Shown here: positions 30,497 through 51,832 of the stretch, one piece after another
Numbering within the stretch: the stretch's first letter is position 1
How the letters are laid out: the number at the start of each line of letters is the position of its first letter
Assembly: GCA_900088475.1 (NCBI GenBank)
Contig: FLMG01004102.1
Location: 1 to 64,000, forward strand
Reading direction: 5' to 3'
Source of the DNA: Hyphochytrium catenoides
Taxonomy: Eukaryota; Protista; Hyphochytriomycota
DNA: 64,000 nucleotides
Made by a program: the position numbers and the translations under genes
The notes under the pieces: generated by a model
Told to the model about the DNA's origin: nothing
Database searches by the model: none
Seen by the model: only the letters and a program-made list of their open reading frames with translations

Positions 30497-31480
30497 GGTG
30501 TGAATACAGTCGACGGCGGCAAACTCTGTCTTCAGCTCCAAGCACTCGGCAATCCAATCTCTAATAAATGACGGACGAGTAGATACAATAATCTTCGCTT
30601 TTCTTCGCCAAGGTCCCAGCTCAATGAGGGCAGAAGGTGAGGGCTCCTAACTCCGAACAGCCGAATTTGGTATGATGACCTGAGTCTCATCTGCTGAGTC
30701 TTCACAATCTGATTATTGCAGTTCTATTTTGGCATTCCGCCGATTTTGAAGTTCTCCTGTAGCAATACAAGTAAAGCCTTTACATGACTATACTGTAAGT
30801 TCGTGGGGTGATTGATTGGCCTGATCGTTATGGGTACTATTCAGAATATATGTTCTCTGTCTCTTACAGTATTTGATCACTCCAGTGTCATACGCAGGGC
30901 ACGGCTGACACCACTTTGGGGACCCAACTAGTGGTTATTCTAAATAATATGACAAGCTCCACTTGAACGTACTACTGTACTGAACACACTGCGACATACA
31001 AGTACCGTGCTCCTTACCTGTACTGGTACTTGTCCAGTATCCAGCATGACCGATTGCACACAACAACATGGACGCAAGGTCAGGAAGATGTTGGCGCGTG
31101 TAAGGTGCCCTTTGTATCATGCAGACCAGGAGCCAACAATGAGTGACGACAGCAAGCATGCCTACCAAGAGACTCTCGGCGTACTAAGTAATAAGGCACG
31201 CAGCCCAGTAGTAGTTATAAGAACGGAGGCGATATCTCGACTGCTTATTTGAGTATAGGATCAGCAGTTTAGTGCAAGGCCCTCTTCTATCCCCTGAAAG
31301 CAAGGGCTCACTTGTCCAAGGGTAGCGATCAGTTCAGCAGTGGTTGGAAGTGGGGTCCTTTTTCAGAGGACAGGTTTAAAGTGGCCGTGACTGCTGCCTA
31401 TACCGCTCGTGGGAGAGCGCTAATGGAGCATGTGTAGATGGGTCATATGCTTAAAAAAATGAGTACACATGCCACAAAAT

Positions 31481-32445
31481 CTATTTGGTTTGATTAGCAA
31501 CGCCTTGAATTTTGGCTCTGATTGCCTCTTGATCCCCAAGATATCGGCCCTGTAGTGGCCTAACCGCATCTGGATGTGGGATGGGTTGCAAATTCTCATT
31601 CAGTTCATATACGAGGGGAACACCTAGTAGAAGATGGGTAACGTGAGAATGGGGAACTAATATCAGATACAGAGGGACACTTACCTGTCGGAATATTTAG
31701 TTCTGTGATTTCATCTTTGGAAATGCGGTCTAGATGCATCAGAAGAGCACGCAAGCTATTGCCATGAGCTACGATGAGTACATTTTTCCCGAGTTTGAGA
31801 TCTTTCAGGATAGGCCCTTCCCACGCCGGCATAAAGCGATCGGACGTAGATTTCAGGGATTCAGACCGTGGCAATTCAGATGGATGCAGATCCCGATAGC
31901 GCTGATCGTGCCCAGGCCAGTGTGGATTGGATTCATCCAAAGGAGGTGGAGGGATATCGAAACTTCGCCTCCACTGTAGAACTTTCTCTTTACCGTGCTC
32001 CTTAATGGCATCTTGCTTATTGAGACCTGTTAGTGCGCCATAATGTCTCTCATTTAGCCTCCACGTCCTTTTGACCGGAACCCAGAGAAGATCGTTCATT
32101 TCCTGGACGAGGTTGAGAGTCTTGATTGCTCGCTTCAGCATGGATGTGTACGCCACATCAAACCGCAGACCCGCTTCCTTAATCAACTCCCCTCCATGAA
32201 GTGCTTCCTTAACCCCTGCCATTAAAAGCGTTGAGGTAAAGGCTGAGATGAACCAATTTCTCATCAAATCTACCTGTCTCCGAGAGGGGTGCGTCGTACC
32301 AACCGGTGAACCTATTCTCCTTGTTCCACACGCTCTCGCCATGACGGACTAGTACTAGTGTCTGCTTTCGCGCGCCGCGACCAGAGAAAGCTCTGCAACT
32401 CTGGGGGCTAAGAAGCACTCGAGGGATACGTTGCACTGTCAACAT
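31481..32445 (-). CDS. gpmA: 2,3-BPG-dependent phosphoglycerate mutase with a putative mitochondrial presequence
   Basis: [63 protein letters not shown]; N-terminus [21 protein letters not shown]. Confidence 0.95.
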
Positions 32446-33307
32446 CTTTTTGTGATCACGCAGAACTCCGCCCTTCAGGAACACAGTCCCTTACGGTGCC
32501 TGTGTGTTAGCCGAGTCGCCGGCGGTAAGGAGACTGAGCCCTTGTGATCGGGCTGGAGCTTTCTGGATCTGTTTTGAGCAACGTCCAGCGGAGGATCCTA
32601 ATCACCAAATCTTCAGTGATGGCGCTTCTCATTCTTTTGCCCCCATCATCATCCTCCATCCAGCCCTTCTGCGCCTACTCCCGTCCCCGGTCCCCGGCTT
32701 GTTCAATCCTGCAGCCCTAATAACGGGGTATATATCAATTATGGATAACTAAGGCCGAGGTTATCATTATACTTCAATGGAAAACTAAAATAATCGGTTA
32801 TTGTATTGATTTTGCGCGCAGTAAATAAAAGCTTCTAAAGGAGAAGTGAAGCAAGCGTCTTGGTGTTGGCAAGCAGCTGAGCTGCGTCTGTATCAATAGC
32901 AGCATTCTTCTGCACCTGCGAAGGAAGTGGCATTGAGAAGAAGAGCTCTTTCCTTGCAGCCAGCTCTCATGGTCCAGCGTGAAGGAAGGAGAGAGCATGG
33001 GTAGTCCAGAATCGTGAGCCCACCTGAGCCGTGGTCTGTGCAGTGCTTCCTATTCATCCTACAATTGCGTATACTATAACGACATTGGGGCAGCCAACTT
33101 GCTGCTAAAGTTGTCAGCTGATCCTGAAGCGCTCCGTCCTGGACGGGTCGGATCAGGTTCAGCAACCACTATGGGAAACCTCTGTCTTAATATTCAACGC
33201 ATCGGATGATGTCGCACAACAACGAAAGGCTTGTGGCTGTGCCATCTAAGTGCCCTACAAGTAGCCGATCTAGCTGACTGCATTGTGACTAACGTATCAC
33301 GGCAGCT

Positions 33308-41048
<7,741 letters not shown>

Positions 41049-41358
41049 AGCGCTAACTTGGTTCTCATGCAGCCCTCTCAAATCTGGAGACTGCTGTGGC
41101 TGCTTGCAAGGTATTGTCCGAGCAGCACGCGCGATTAGAAGCGCTAAGCGCTCAGGATATTTATACTCTTGCCATAAGTCCTTGCGCGGGTGGACTAGCC
41201 AATCATTTGGCAAGCCTAGAGGAAAGCACGCTCTAGGACCAAAACCTGTTCGTTTTTTATTTACCCGACATCATAGACAAACATGACCTACAGCTAACCT
41301 CCCGCTGCAAGTGAGAGTCTAAAAGCTGGCCTCCTTTAGTCTAGCTCTTTACGAAGGG

Positions 41359-42274
41359 TTAGGAGGATATCCCACACACTTTCTTCGAGATGTTTGCAAG
41401 CATTTTCCGCCCGTAAGGAACGTAGCTCGCAGAGTACCTGGCGAATGCAGCAAATGAGATGATAAGGTTGATGTTGATTGGCAGTGGAGCAACTATGCCG
41501 TACCATATGGCAGCCACAATTTGGACCCCACAGAGGACGAGGATGATAATCCCCAGATCTGGTTCCTGCACGATTAAATCATCTTTGGCATCAGCTGATT
41601 GCTTAACTCTCAAGGGACGCCTAGAAGGGAGTTGGTTCCTACCACAAATGCCACTGCTAGGATTAGGATCAGCATTGCCAGATAGATCCCTGCCGCTACC
41701 CTTCGGTCAGGGTGGAACATTGTCTTGCATTGGCGTGCCGGTCCTACCAAGAAACCCGAGCTACATGCACAGGAACCATTAGCTGCATACTGCTCTAAGA
41801 TAGTAGAGCCTAATGATTACGGACTTACCCTGCCAGGGCGATAAACTGTCCAAATACATAAAAGACTGCAAACGCGGCTACGCTTCCTCCGCCAGTGAGC
41901 GAGAAGATTGCCTACACCCATAGAGCCTTAGATGTACAACGTAGTGGTAGAGAGAAAGAAGCGAGGACTTGGTTTTTGGGAATCTCTTACCAGCATGCTT
42001 GTGAGATAGCCTAGCACGAAGCAGATGCCGAACCCAAACATGCGCTGAGCACATACTCATTAGTCTAAAAAATTTACACGAATTAGACTCGTAAGAGTGG
42101 AAACCTTACCTGCCGGTACGACAGAGATTTCACGCATTGTGGAGGCTCATCCTCTGGCTGCTTGTTCACTCCTGGAATGGAAATCTTGATGTTATCTAGA
42201 GTACTTTCCTTTTTGGGCGGTGCCGAAGCACTGGGTGCTGTAACTTTTGCCTTTAGGCTCTCTAGAGCGTTCAT
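41359..42274 (-). CDS. SFT2/Got1-family vesicle transport protein
   Basis: Spliced LSYRQ/RMFGFGICFVLG, AFAVFYVFGQFIALAG/SGFLVGPARQCKTMFHPDR, IW/YSASYVPYGR. Confidence 0.9.
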
Positions 42275-43300
42275 GTTGAGTATAGTCCTAGCTGGTGAAC
42301 TTCCGCTTGCGCGAAGAGTGGCCGAGAGGTTTGATAGAAGATGAGAAATGTTGGTTTGGCACGTAGAAGGCGACAGACAACCTACTTGGAGCACAGCTTA
42401 ATTTGCAATGCGATGCAACTTAAGCTGCGAGGTTGTAAGCCTTCCATCTGCCCATGTCGTTTGAGGACACCCTTGGATAGCGTGAAGAAGTGAGAGAATA
42501 GGGAAAGGAGAGACCCAGAGGCCACGCAAACAGAGAGACAGAGCAAGAGAGGCAGACTGACAAGAGACAAAGGCCTCTATGTGAGGTGCGAGAGAAGATG
42601 CGCAGCTCTCGGAGACGGTGTGTCGCTCGCTGGCCAGGAGGCTCAAGTTAAAGAAACGGACCATCATCATCTTTCTCCCAGGAGTTTCATTGTTTCCGAT
42701 ATCAGTAACGGATCAGAACCCCGAACTGCATGAGGTTACTGCCTTGAGCTATTATTGATAACTATTGAGTTAGATCTGATTCAAGACGTGGTTACCCTCG
42801 CTTACCGTACGGTAGGAGAGGTTATCCCCTCCCCCTTGCTGTACAGTATTCAGTAGAAAGGATAACCACGGCGCCTCGGTACCGGGGGTTGTGACAGTAA
42901 CCTTTCTTTGAACTCCGTCAACGGTTAGAACCTTTCAAAATGCTGGATTGATGTACGAAAAGCTGGTTCATTGAGTTTCATCATCACAGATTGAGAAAAC
43001 TCTGTCCCAGGTAATCTAGGAATAAAGGCCCTCACAAAACTCAAAATCTTCAAACGTCTGACTGTGGCCGGGGTCTAAAAGCTCACCGCATCTTGCATCT
43101 GAGACAGGGGCAAGCTTTACGGGGTGAGAAGGGGCATTATTTACTCCTAATGTGTCCAAAGCGATAGGGGAGAAGGTCATCGATAAGCAGTCAGACCTCG
43201 TGCAGAACGGCAATCTTTAGGTGGGAGCAACGGAAGCGCCCAGCGCACCAACAGAGAACTAATTCACGGTTATAAAAGAGACCACTATTTGGTAGCTATA

Positions 43301-44576
43301 ATGCATCACAAGGCAATGGTGCGTCTTACTATTGTCTCCGCCCGTCGCATTCGGTAACCAAGCGCTACTTTAATCCTTATTGTAGGTTGGATGCACCAGC
43401 TGCCGCTTGGTCAGCATTGCGGAGGATATGGTAACTGTTACTGCTGGTCGGCAACTGTCATTTGCTGACTGCTTACGCTATCGTTGGGTCTCCCTTTAGA
43501 ACCCGAGCAATCGACAAACCATGGAAGACTGCATACTGGCACGCGATGGCTTTGCAGGGCGGCCAGAGGATGGGCTATTTGGTGTGTATGATGGCCATGG
43601 AGGTACGGTGATACTGTAGGAGCTTGATGGAGAACTCAACAAACTGCTCCTAACCCCGCAATGCTTCAGGTCGAGATATAGTGGAGTTCATAGAGCATCG
43701 CCTGCATCGTAACATTGAGCGGGAACTGGCAGAACCAGATGATGATCTGGTAGAGATGAAACTGGCCAGAGCCTTCTTAATCACAGATTATGAAAGCCAT
43801 TTGGAGACGGAGTCGACATCTGGAGCTACGGCAGTGGTCTGCTACCTCACTAATGACCCTACCACTGGAGAACGAGAACTTTTTACTGCGAACGTTGGGG
43901 ATAGGTAATGCTAAGACTTACCTTTGCAGTCGTCGGATAACTGTCTTGACTGTCTTACGCTCTGTCCTGCAGCCGGGCAGTGCTTTGTCGAAATGGCAAG
44001 GCCGAGCGCTTAAGCACGGTGAGATCCTCCAACTCTGTGTGTCCATACATCGCATAGTGACCATTGAAGGACGTTAGGATCACAAGCCAAGCAGCAGAGC
44101 AGAGCAAGAGCGAATAGAGGCTTGCGGTGGGTTTGTCCACAAGAACAGAGCAATGGGCATCCTCGCGGTCTCCAGGTGAACGCCTGAGATCCGACCTTGT
44201 AAGCTGCATTGAAAGTGTTTCTCATATTGCCAATATAAAGGAGCTTTGGGGACCACAAGCTGAAAAAGTATATCACAGCAAGGCCTTCCGTAATGAGGAC
44301 GCGGTGAGCTGCCCAGTCTTGACTTCCTCAGCACGAGCACCCTAACTGTAGGCTCTCTCTCATCCTCACAGGCTCGATGCCTTGGATGACACACCTTTCA
44401 TTATCCTCGCTTGCGATGGAGTATGGGACGTGTTTGATGATCAAGAAGCCGTGGATCTCGTGCGAAAGTACATGGGACGGACTGGAAAAGAGGGGGAGGT
44501 GGCTCGTTTGTTGATTGAGGAGGCTCTTGAAAGAGACAGCACTGATAACATCTCAGCAGTTGTGGTCTACTTGTGA
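43301..44576 (+). CDS. Protein phosphatase 2C (PPM family)
   Basis: RQTMED, LFGVYDGHGG, SGATAVV, FTANVGD, DHKP, ILAVSR/AFGDH, FIILACDGVWDV, STDNISAVVV. Confidence 0.93.
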
Positions 44577-44716
44577 ACAACCTCACGGTTCTTTGTGTCA
44601 ACTTCAGTTCCACTGCAAGAGCCAGTGTTCTAGACCAAAGGTCCCGAGGCTCGTTAGGATTCCTTGCATTTTGCTTTCCTAGTGTACATACCTTGTCATA
44701 TACTACTATGGGTCAC

Positions 44717-46890
44717 TCAGGACTGTTCATACCACTGATAAATGACCAAGAATAAGAAACGTTGATCGCTGACCGAAACAACTGTCAATCTCCTGCATAG
44801 CCTATATATCCTCCTCCGACCTCTTACTCTGGGAGGTACAAGGACAAATGATTCTAGGATTACCTCTATCAGAGCTATTATCAATGAATCTGCTTCGTTC
44901 ACTGTTTTGACGATGTCTGCTCGAGGTAGACGAGCTCCGTGTGGTTGCTTGCCTCCCTCGTAGTACAATAATCATCAGCCTTCGTGTCTCTTCTACTGTT
45001 CCTTGCCGCTAACGGAAAGCATTGACAAACAGATACTTGACTCCATCCCCAGACAAGTTGAAGCTTGTTGGCTGACTATCTGTGCGCCATCAAGAGCAAA
45101 CCACCGTTTGTCTGCCTCGTCCTCATCACAGCGCCGAAACGAAGCTTCGGTTCTAGTGGTCACCCCTTACTAATCGTGCTTGGAAGCTGCAGCAAGCAGA
45201 CGTCGGAGAAGCTTACCAGGGTGACTGCGGATGCAGGCCATAGGAGGAGGATAGGCACGCTCTGCCACTGCTAATTCGCCATGACTTCCACGACAGGCCC
45301 AAGCACAGGAGCGATGGCCACCTTGCCAGAGCTCAAGAACGGTGCGTTTACCACTCAGCTTGCTCCACTTGTTGCCAATAGCTTACTTGAGCTCTCTTTT
45401 GCTTCTGTCACCTCCAAGTGCTGAAGGAGACGCTAGAGTCGCGTGGTGTGCTTTCTCAAATAAAGGCTCGGATACGAGCAGAAATATACAAAGCACTGGA
45501 CGAGCAGGTTGAGCCTTATGAATCAACCGGGAGCTCTCGGGCACTATGAATTGCTAAGAACTCTCACAGGAGCCCCGGCCTCCCATTCTTTCCAGTGAGA
45601 ACCTTTTAATAAACGAGCTCATCCGTGAGTATCTGGAGTACAACGGATATAAGCACACACTCTCAGTCTTGCTTCAAGGTCAGGATTGGCCAGCGGTTTA
45701 CTGCTTCTTGTTGCTGGTCTAAGCGTCGCTTGCTGATGATAGAATCTGGCCAACCCCTTGAGAAACCCTTTGATCGACAGTTTTTGAAAGACGAGCTTCA
45801 AAGTAAGAGCAATTCCTAACTTCAAGACAGTGACTGTCTCTAACTCGGCAAGCACAGTCCCCGAGGACCCTGTACACCGAGATGTACCGCTGCTCTACTC
45901 TTTCTTCTTGCGCTCAAGGGAGAGCTTAGGGGCGGGACGAGCGCCTAAAGGAATGACCTCTCGCTACCCGTACGCCACCCACACGAGCTCCATCGGACAA
46001 GGTATTCACATCCTTCTGCCTCCTTATCTGAGGATAGCTCATGACTCTCCCGATCTCTAGATAAACCTAACGAACGGCCAAGCAAAAGAGACAACGAACT
46101 TTACGACTCTGAGAGCGTGAAGACTTCGGAATCAGAGGCGGTAAGGGCTTGGCTCTTTCATACTAAACGTAGCCCCTTCCTTCAAGCTGTCTTATAAGAT
46201 TTTACTTCTACGCACCCTGTCAGGAAATTGAGGCGAAGAGGCAGGAACTGATGTCGAAGATAACCGCTGCAGAGAGGAGCCAGTCAGCGGTGGCCTATTC
46301 CCAACGGTCTCCGGAAAGATCTCACCAAATTTCTGCTGTTGAGACCCCATTCTCATCAGCAGATGGAGGTTAGCGATCACTATCTTACAGTGGCTTGCAT
46401 ATTCTTGCCCTCAACCTTCTAACGCTCGCAATGGGGTAGGACTACATATCCCTTCCGTGCTGAGCTTCACGAACGAGGCACGACTCGACATTCCTGTTAC
46501 GAATGACGACTCCAACAACAGCAGATCGGGGCGTTCTTGAGCCTGATCCCTCATGGAGTCGCTCAGGACCGTTTGGATAACAGAACATACAAGCTCATAT
46601 GCACAGTACAATCCTGCCCGACGAAAGATAGGCAGGCTGCTGACAGGTTCGGGGCCGTGAGACAATAATGAGGGTTGAGAGGTCCAATGTTATCCACAAA
46701 TAAGAAAGCCATCAGCAACAATGAAGAGCGTGGAATGTCACAGGAGCAAGCAACTGAAGGATTATATGCCTCAGCACGCAACATCTGTTCGGGTGGCGCG
46801 CATAGTCTCTCGCATTGTAGACCACCTAGGAACTAGTAGTACAAAGACCCGATCCTCATCGAGAGCTTCGTCGCAATTTCCCATCATAAC
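44717..46890 (-). CDS. Unresolved multi-exon hypothetical gene (or decaying gene)
   Basis: Chain of minus-strand ORF fragments with splice-like ends filling the space between PP2C and BDP1. No recognisable domain, and I could not assemble a full model. Confidence 0.3.
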
Positions 46891-47565
46891 CCTCTGTGGT
46901 TTAGTGCCAGTCTTGTGAAGGAGCTGACAAAAGACATGTTTCGCAGTTGCTATGGCTAGCGAGTAGGCTGCTATTAAGATCACGCAGCAAGCCGCCCACT
47001 TCTGTCCGCTGCAGCAACAGAGCGTCTCATCTCCATGCTCAATGGTGCGACTCGGGTTGAGTTGTTGCTGATTGACGATGATGAGAGAGCCCGAACAATC
47101 AGCACAGGAACAGATGAGTCTTCATCTAGCTTGGAATTATCGCATTAAAGTCACCAGTCATTTACGATGGAGTAGTACGCCTTAGCAGCTTCAAAATAAA
47201 GCCAAATCCTACTGTTTTGCAGTCAGAGTGCCTATCATGTGACTTCACCGTCTCCCAGGAATGTCATATAAACGCAAAACAAGAACTACGTTTTGCCTTT
47301 CCTCTACTAAGCCGCCCGCTTCTTTCCGCCCCAACAATCAACATCCCTCCATCGTCGGTGGCAACGGCCTTGAGGCACAAGGCACAAGGGAACAGAGAAA
47401 AAGCTTCAGAACGCCTTTGTTCTTTCTACCTCTGCCCGAGATGCAGAGCGTCTGTCTTGCTAGAGCTGAACAGAGACCATCCTGATGTAAGGACCATGAC
47501 CAAACACTGGCAGGAAATGTAAAGCACTCCGCGATAGGCCTGGTCGGGACATTCTTGACAGAACA

Positions 47566-49847
47566 ATGGCTGCACGGATTCCTCTCGTACCTGGCGGTGG
47601 TATGGGCATCCGCTTGTACAGGCGGGTTCGAGTCCGAGTCCTAACATCTGATCCGCTTTGCAGGTAGATCACCCTTTTCCCCACGAGTGATTCCAAGCCG
47701 CATCGCGCGCCTCCCTACTCCTCGGACGGGAACTACCAAGCCGCAGAACAAGCCACAGACCGCACCCAAACAATCCGTAGGACCCGCCGGAGGTAGTGAT
47801 CTAACCGATGAGGAAGGTGGCAGTTATAGGAGCCCTCGACCACCGGTTGCACCGGAATCGACACGGCAGGCGCGTGCCGAAGCCAAGTTCAGCTGGCCGA
47901 CGGGGGAGGACGACAAAGATATCACGACTTCTACTCACTCGAAGGAAGATGGCTTCAATGCATCTGGACATAGTCCTATGACGTCCACCTCACCTCCAAG
48001 CGCACCTCGCCCGCCTCAGGCAAACGTTTCGTCTGTCACAATTGGGGGCTCTCTTAATAGTCTAGCGAGTAGCCATCTTCGAGCACATCCGGTCTTTCCA
48101 GGTACTACGGACTGGATGCCCAATTCCTTGACTCTGCCTCTTCTCACTTCTATCTAAACCGCTTGCATCTCGCTGTACTACTCCTCACGGCCTAAAGTTC
48201 CTCCAGCGCTTGACAGTGCGGTAGGCGCAAAAGAAATCCAGACACGTCGTCGATCTGCCTCTTTTGCTCACCCGCACCATCCCACACGGCCGCTACGGCC
48301 ACCAAAGCGGCAGAGGACCGAAAGTCTGCAGATAAACAGCGCTGTCGACAGAACCGATCAGACCACACTGACAAGCAATCATCCAGCCAAGTCGAGCACG
48401 AACGGGGGACCGTCCTTTGTGGACGCCAAAAGGCCCGAGAAGGAAAGCAAGGGCCGAGTGAAGTTACCCCCCAAAAAGCTCAAGAAATCTCAACCTGTCA
48501 TCCGAGAGAAGACCCGGCTCGGAGACCTAACTCGAGGAATGCCGGCGGGAGGCTTGCCAACTAAAGCGGCCCAAGAAAGACAAGTACGTGTGCACAGCAA
48601 CGCTCCTCTCGTCATTGAGCCTACATCTGTATAGTCTCTGGTCCTCCTTCACCACGACTTCGCCTTTATGAGCAAGCCCTTAATGAGCAAGGCCTTAAGT
48701 CTCGGGACTCTTCCTAGGAGGCTGCTAAGGCTTCACGGAGAGAAAGGGAAAAGGGATCGCGACAGTCCCCTAACGGAAATGCTAACGGTGATCAGTCTGG
48801 GGGTAAAGAGGCCCAGAATAACACCAAAACACCACCTCAAAAGAGCTCAAAAGTCACAAATAGAGGAGAGAGGTAAGCCCCATGAGCCTCAATCGTCTTT
48901 GAGAATGCATCCTCTCGTTGGAAGGATGTTCATTAGCCCAACACTTACGTCGATATTGGGATGCTCATAGCTTTTACTTTACCATCTTCTATGACTTCCT
49001 AGTTGACCGCATCTACCACAATCAGCATTCGTGCGTATTGACAGTAAAATATCTTGATAGCGCTCCGGTGGCTCCTACTCCTCGAGTTCAAGTTGTGAAT
49101 GGGCAGATCGTGATCAATGAGGAGTCTTTGGTAGGCTTTCGATTGACTTGTAAATCAAATTGCCGGAGAGTGTAGTCTGCCTCTGCGTATTATCCGAGAT
49201 GAGTCTGTTGTTGGACACTTCTACATCTTTATCGCCCCATGTAATCTTTATCTGGTTTCTCTTTTGTACATAAGCTTCTCGCTCTTCTCTGCGGGTTTCT
49301 TAGGGATTTTGTTAACGTCTGGCAATCGTAGGTGGTGCACGAAGAGCATGTTGTTGATGAAGATCATGAGATAGTTTATGAAGGCAACCAGAATCATGTC
49401 ACTTCTTCCTCCTTTTCCGTGCGTTCCAAGAGCGAAAAATGGACTTTAGATGACACCAAGAAGTTCTATGAGGTAGAGTACCCGTGATGGCTACGGAAGT
49501 GCGAAGCTTACCGTATTCACTCATTGACTGCAGGGTCTGCGGCAGTTTGGAACCGACTTTATGATGATGTTGTCGCTCTTCCCCGGGAGGGATAGACGGC
49601 AATTGAAGAACAAATTCAAAAAAGAGGAGAGAGAGCATAAAGCACTTGTAGATAAGGCACTCAACGCCTCGTTACCTTTGGGTAAGGTCTACGGACTCTT
49701 ATTCTGCCTGATGAGCAAAAGCTATGTAGTGCTTTTGGCTGACCCTTTTGTCCCTCTCTCCTAATCCGCCACACTTATATGGCCCATTACTGCTGCTGCA
49801 CAGACGTTTCATTATTTGAGGAGCTTACCCAAGGCTCAGAGAGCTAG
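47566..49847 (+). CDS. BDP1: TFIIIB subunit Bdp1 (B'') with SANT/Myb domain
   Basis: TPRVQVVNGQIVINEESL, TSSSF...KWTLDDTKKFYE/GLRQFGTDFMMMLSLFPGRDRRQLKNKFKKEER. ATG 47566, intron 1 at 47600-47663. Confidence 0.9.
47625..47635 (+). promoter_or_regulatory. Consensus Pol III B-box (putative TFIIIC site) in BDP1 intron 1
   Basis: GGTTCGAGTCC matches GGTTCGANTCC exactly; function not demonstrated. Confidence 0.35.
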
Positions 49848-50105
49848 CGGCTATGCCCCTATTGCGGACTTGTATTTATGTCCCATCAGCTTCATGGGGG
49901 CTAGTTGAGCATCTTGATGGATAGACTCGGAAGATAACGTGCCTGGCAAGGTGTCGTTCATAGCTGAGAGATGGTCGTTTTCATGGTCTTGTCTTGGGGA
50001 TTAGTCTACATCCTCAGTCCAGAAGGGCTATCGTCATCCATCCTCATCAGCTTTTATTAGCAGCTCAGACTAGCGCCCGAGAACGCTCTCTAGGCCTGAT
50101 GGCTT

Positions 50106-51832
50106 CTAATACTTGTGAAGTTTCGTGACAATATACACTCTCACAGTCTGGTCTAAGCACGAGAGCACACAGAGGCCCTCTCTGTCCGGACTAATCCGTT
50201 TCAGAAGAAGGAACCACAGGAGAAGGTGGTAAGGCGCCCTTGTTACCAGGAAGCTCAAATAAAGATACTGTACTTAGTTCCCTCACCTCCAGTCAAAGCT
50301 CACAATAGGCTGTGGGGATATGATCCGTGAGTTCAAGAGCTCCACAGTTCCAGCGACGCCCTTTGTGCTTCCATCGGCATTCTGCGCCGTCCTCGACATA
50401 GGATAGTGGCTATAAAATGAGGTTTAGTGAAAAGTAGACACAGCTGTTAACGAAAATGCTCTTTTTGGCTTTGCTTGGCCTCTTACTATTTGTAGATGTT
50501 GAGTCCACCGTTGCCGCCTCCAGTCATAAATAAATCGCGATTCTGGGGAAGATGCCTGCAAGACGTTCTATCTTAGTGCTATCAACCGTCAGCATAGTCG
50601 CGAATCGCGACGACCTTGTCATAAGTGCCTCACCTTCCCAGCCATACGGTTGATTTGTGGGCCTTCTCCGACATGAATGCAAAGCCCTCCGACGGATGTT
50701 GTGTGCGCAAGTCGTAAACCCGGAACTTGCTCTCCAACGTAGTGACGAGGAGCTTGTTCATCTCTATATCCTTGCGATCAAACTCTACGCCCACAACCTA
50801 GCCAGCCAAGATGAAACACGTGATTTAGCCTCCCCTCTTATGCGCCAACAATTGCATAGGGTAGCCTTAATACAGGTTAGCATAAGCTACCAATAACAGA
50901 AGACTTACTCCGTTCTGTACGTTAGTCTCCCACCGCAAGGTGTTCGTGCGAAGATCAAACATCTTGATGTCTCCATTGTCATAGCCCGCCGCAACGCATC
51001 GTTCGGAGTCATTGAATGAGTTGCCTAAAATTGCTCTACATCAGCCCACTATTTTGTTCTGGGCGAAGTGCACAACATACCGAAGCAAACAGTCCAGCAG
51101 TCACGTACAGCCTCCCCTTCGTCTGGTTCCAGAGACACAACAGGACTCTTTACTCTAGGATCCCAGATACGAACGCAGCCTAAGATGAGAAAGGAGCCCC
51201 GGTTTTAGCCATACTTCAGCTGCTCCAAATCCTTGAAAGCGACGTGTACCATCTCTCCCAGCGGTGGCAATCTCGGGAGCGCCATATCCGAGGTTGAGGC
51301 CACCACATCCGTCAATGGCATTGACCAACGACTTGTGAGCTTGGGCAGAATAGACCGGAATGTCTAGCCTTTCCAGATCCCTACAACGTACGCACAGGAC
51401 AGATACGGGATAAGCGAACTCAGAGAAAGCTTTTAAAGATATTCTCAATCCTTCTCTTCTTACCAGATATTGAGGAGTCCACCAAAGTCGCCCGTGGCTA
51501 AATGACGATCATCAAGACTAGAAGCTCCAAAGGTACCGCATTTAACGCCGTGAGAGTGAACTCGCTGCAGGAAGAGACATAAGTGCAGAACCATCAGCTA
51601 CGACATTTCTTTCAGGTCTCTAGAGCGAGCCATATTGAGGCAGAGGTACCTCTTGGACTAAGTTGAGCTCTCCGTGGTTCATTTCGAAAACCTGGATGGC
51701 ACCAGTTGCTTTTGGATGGATACCCATTGCCACAAACCGAGCCGAACATGGTACCCATCTCGTATCGTAAGGGGTAAATGTGACACCCTTATGGATGTGT
51801 TCCAATATTTGAGGGGCGTCAGTTGTATCCAT
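50106..51832 (-). CDS. WDR92: WD repeat protein 92 / dynein axonemal assembly factor 10
   Basis: [66 protein letters not shown]-terminal [25 protein letters not shown]. Confidence 0.95.

Noticed and set aside
30600-31450. Short ORFs between NF-YB and PGM
   Set aside because: No recognisable homology or repeat/TE signature.
47585-47650. tRNA gene suggested by GGTTCGAGTCC
   Set aside because: The T-stem pairs only 2-3 bp, there is no acceptor stem, and the A-to-B spacing is too short. Kept only as a B-box candidate.
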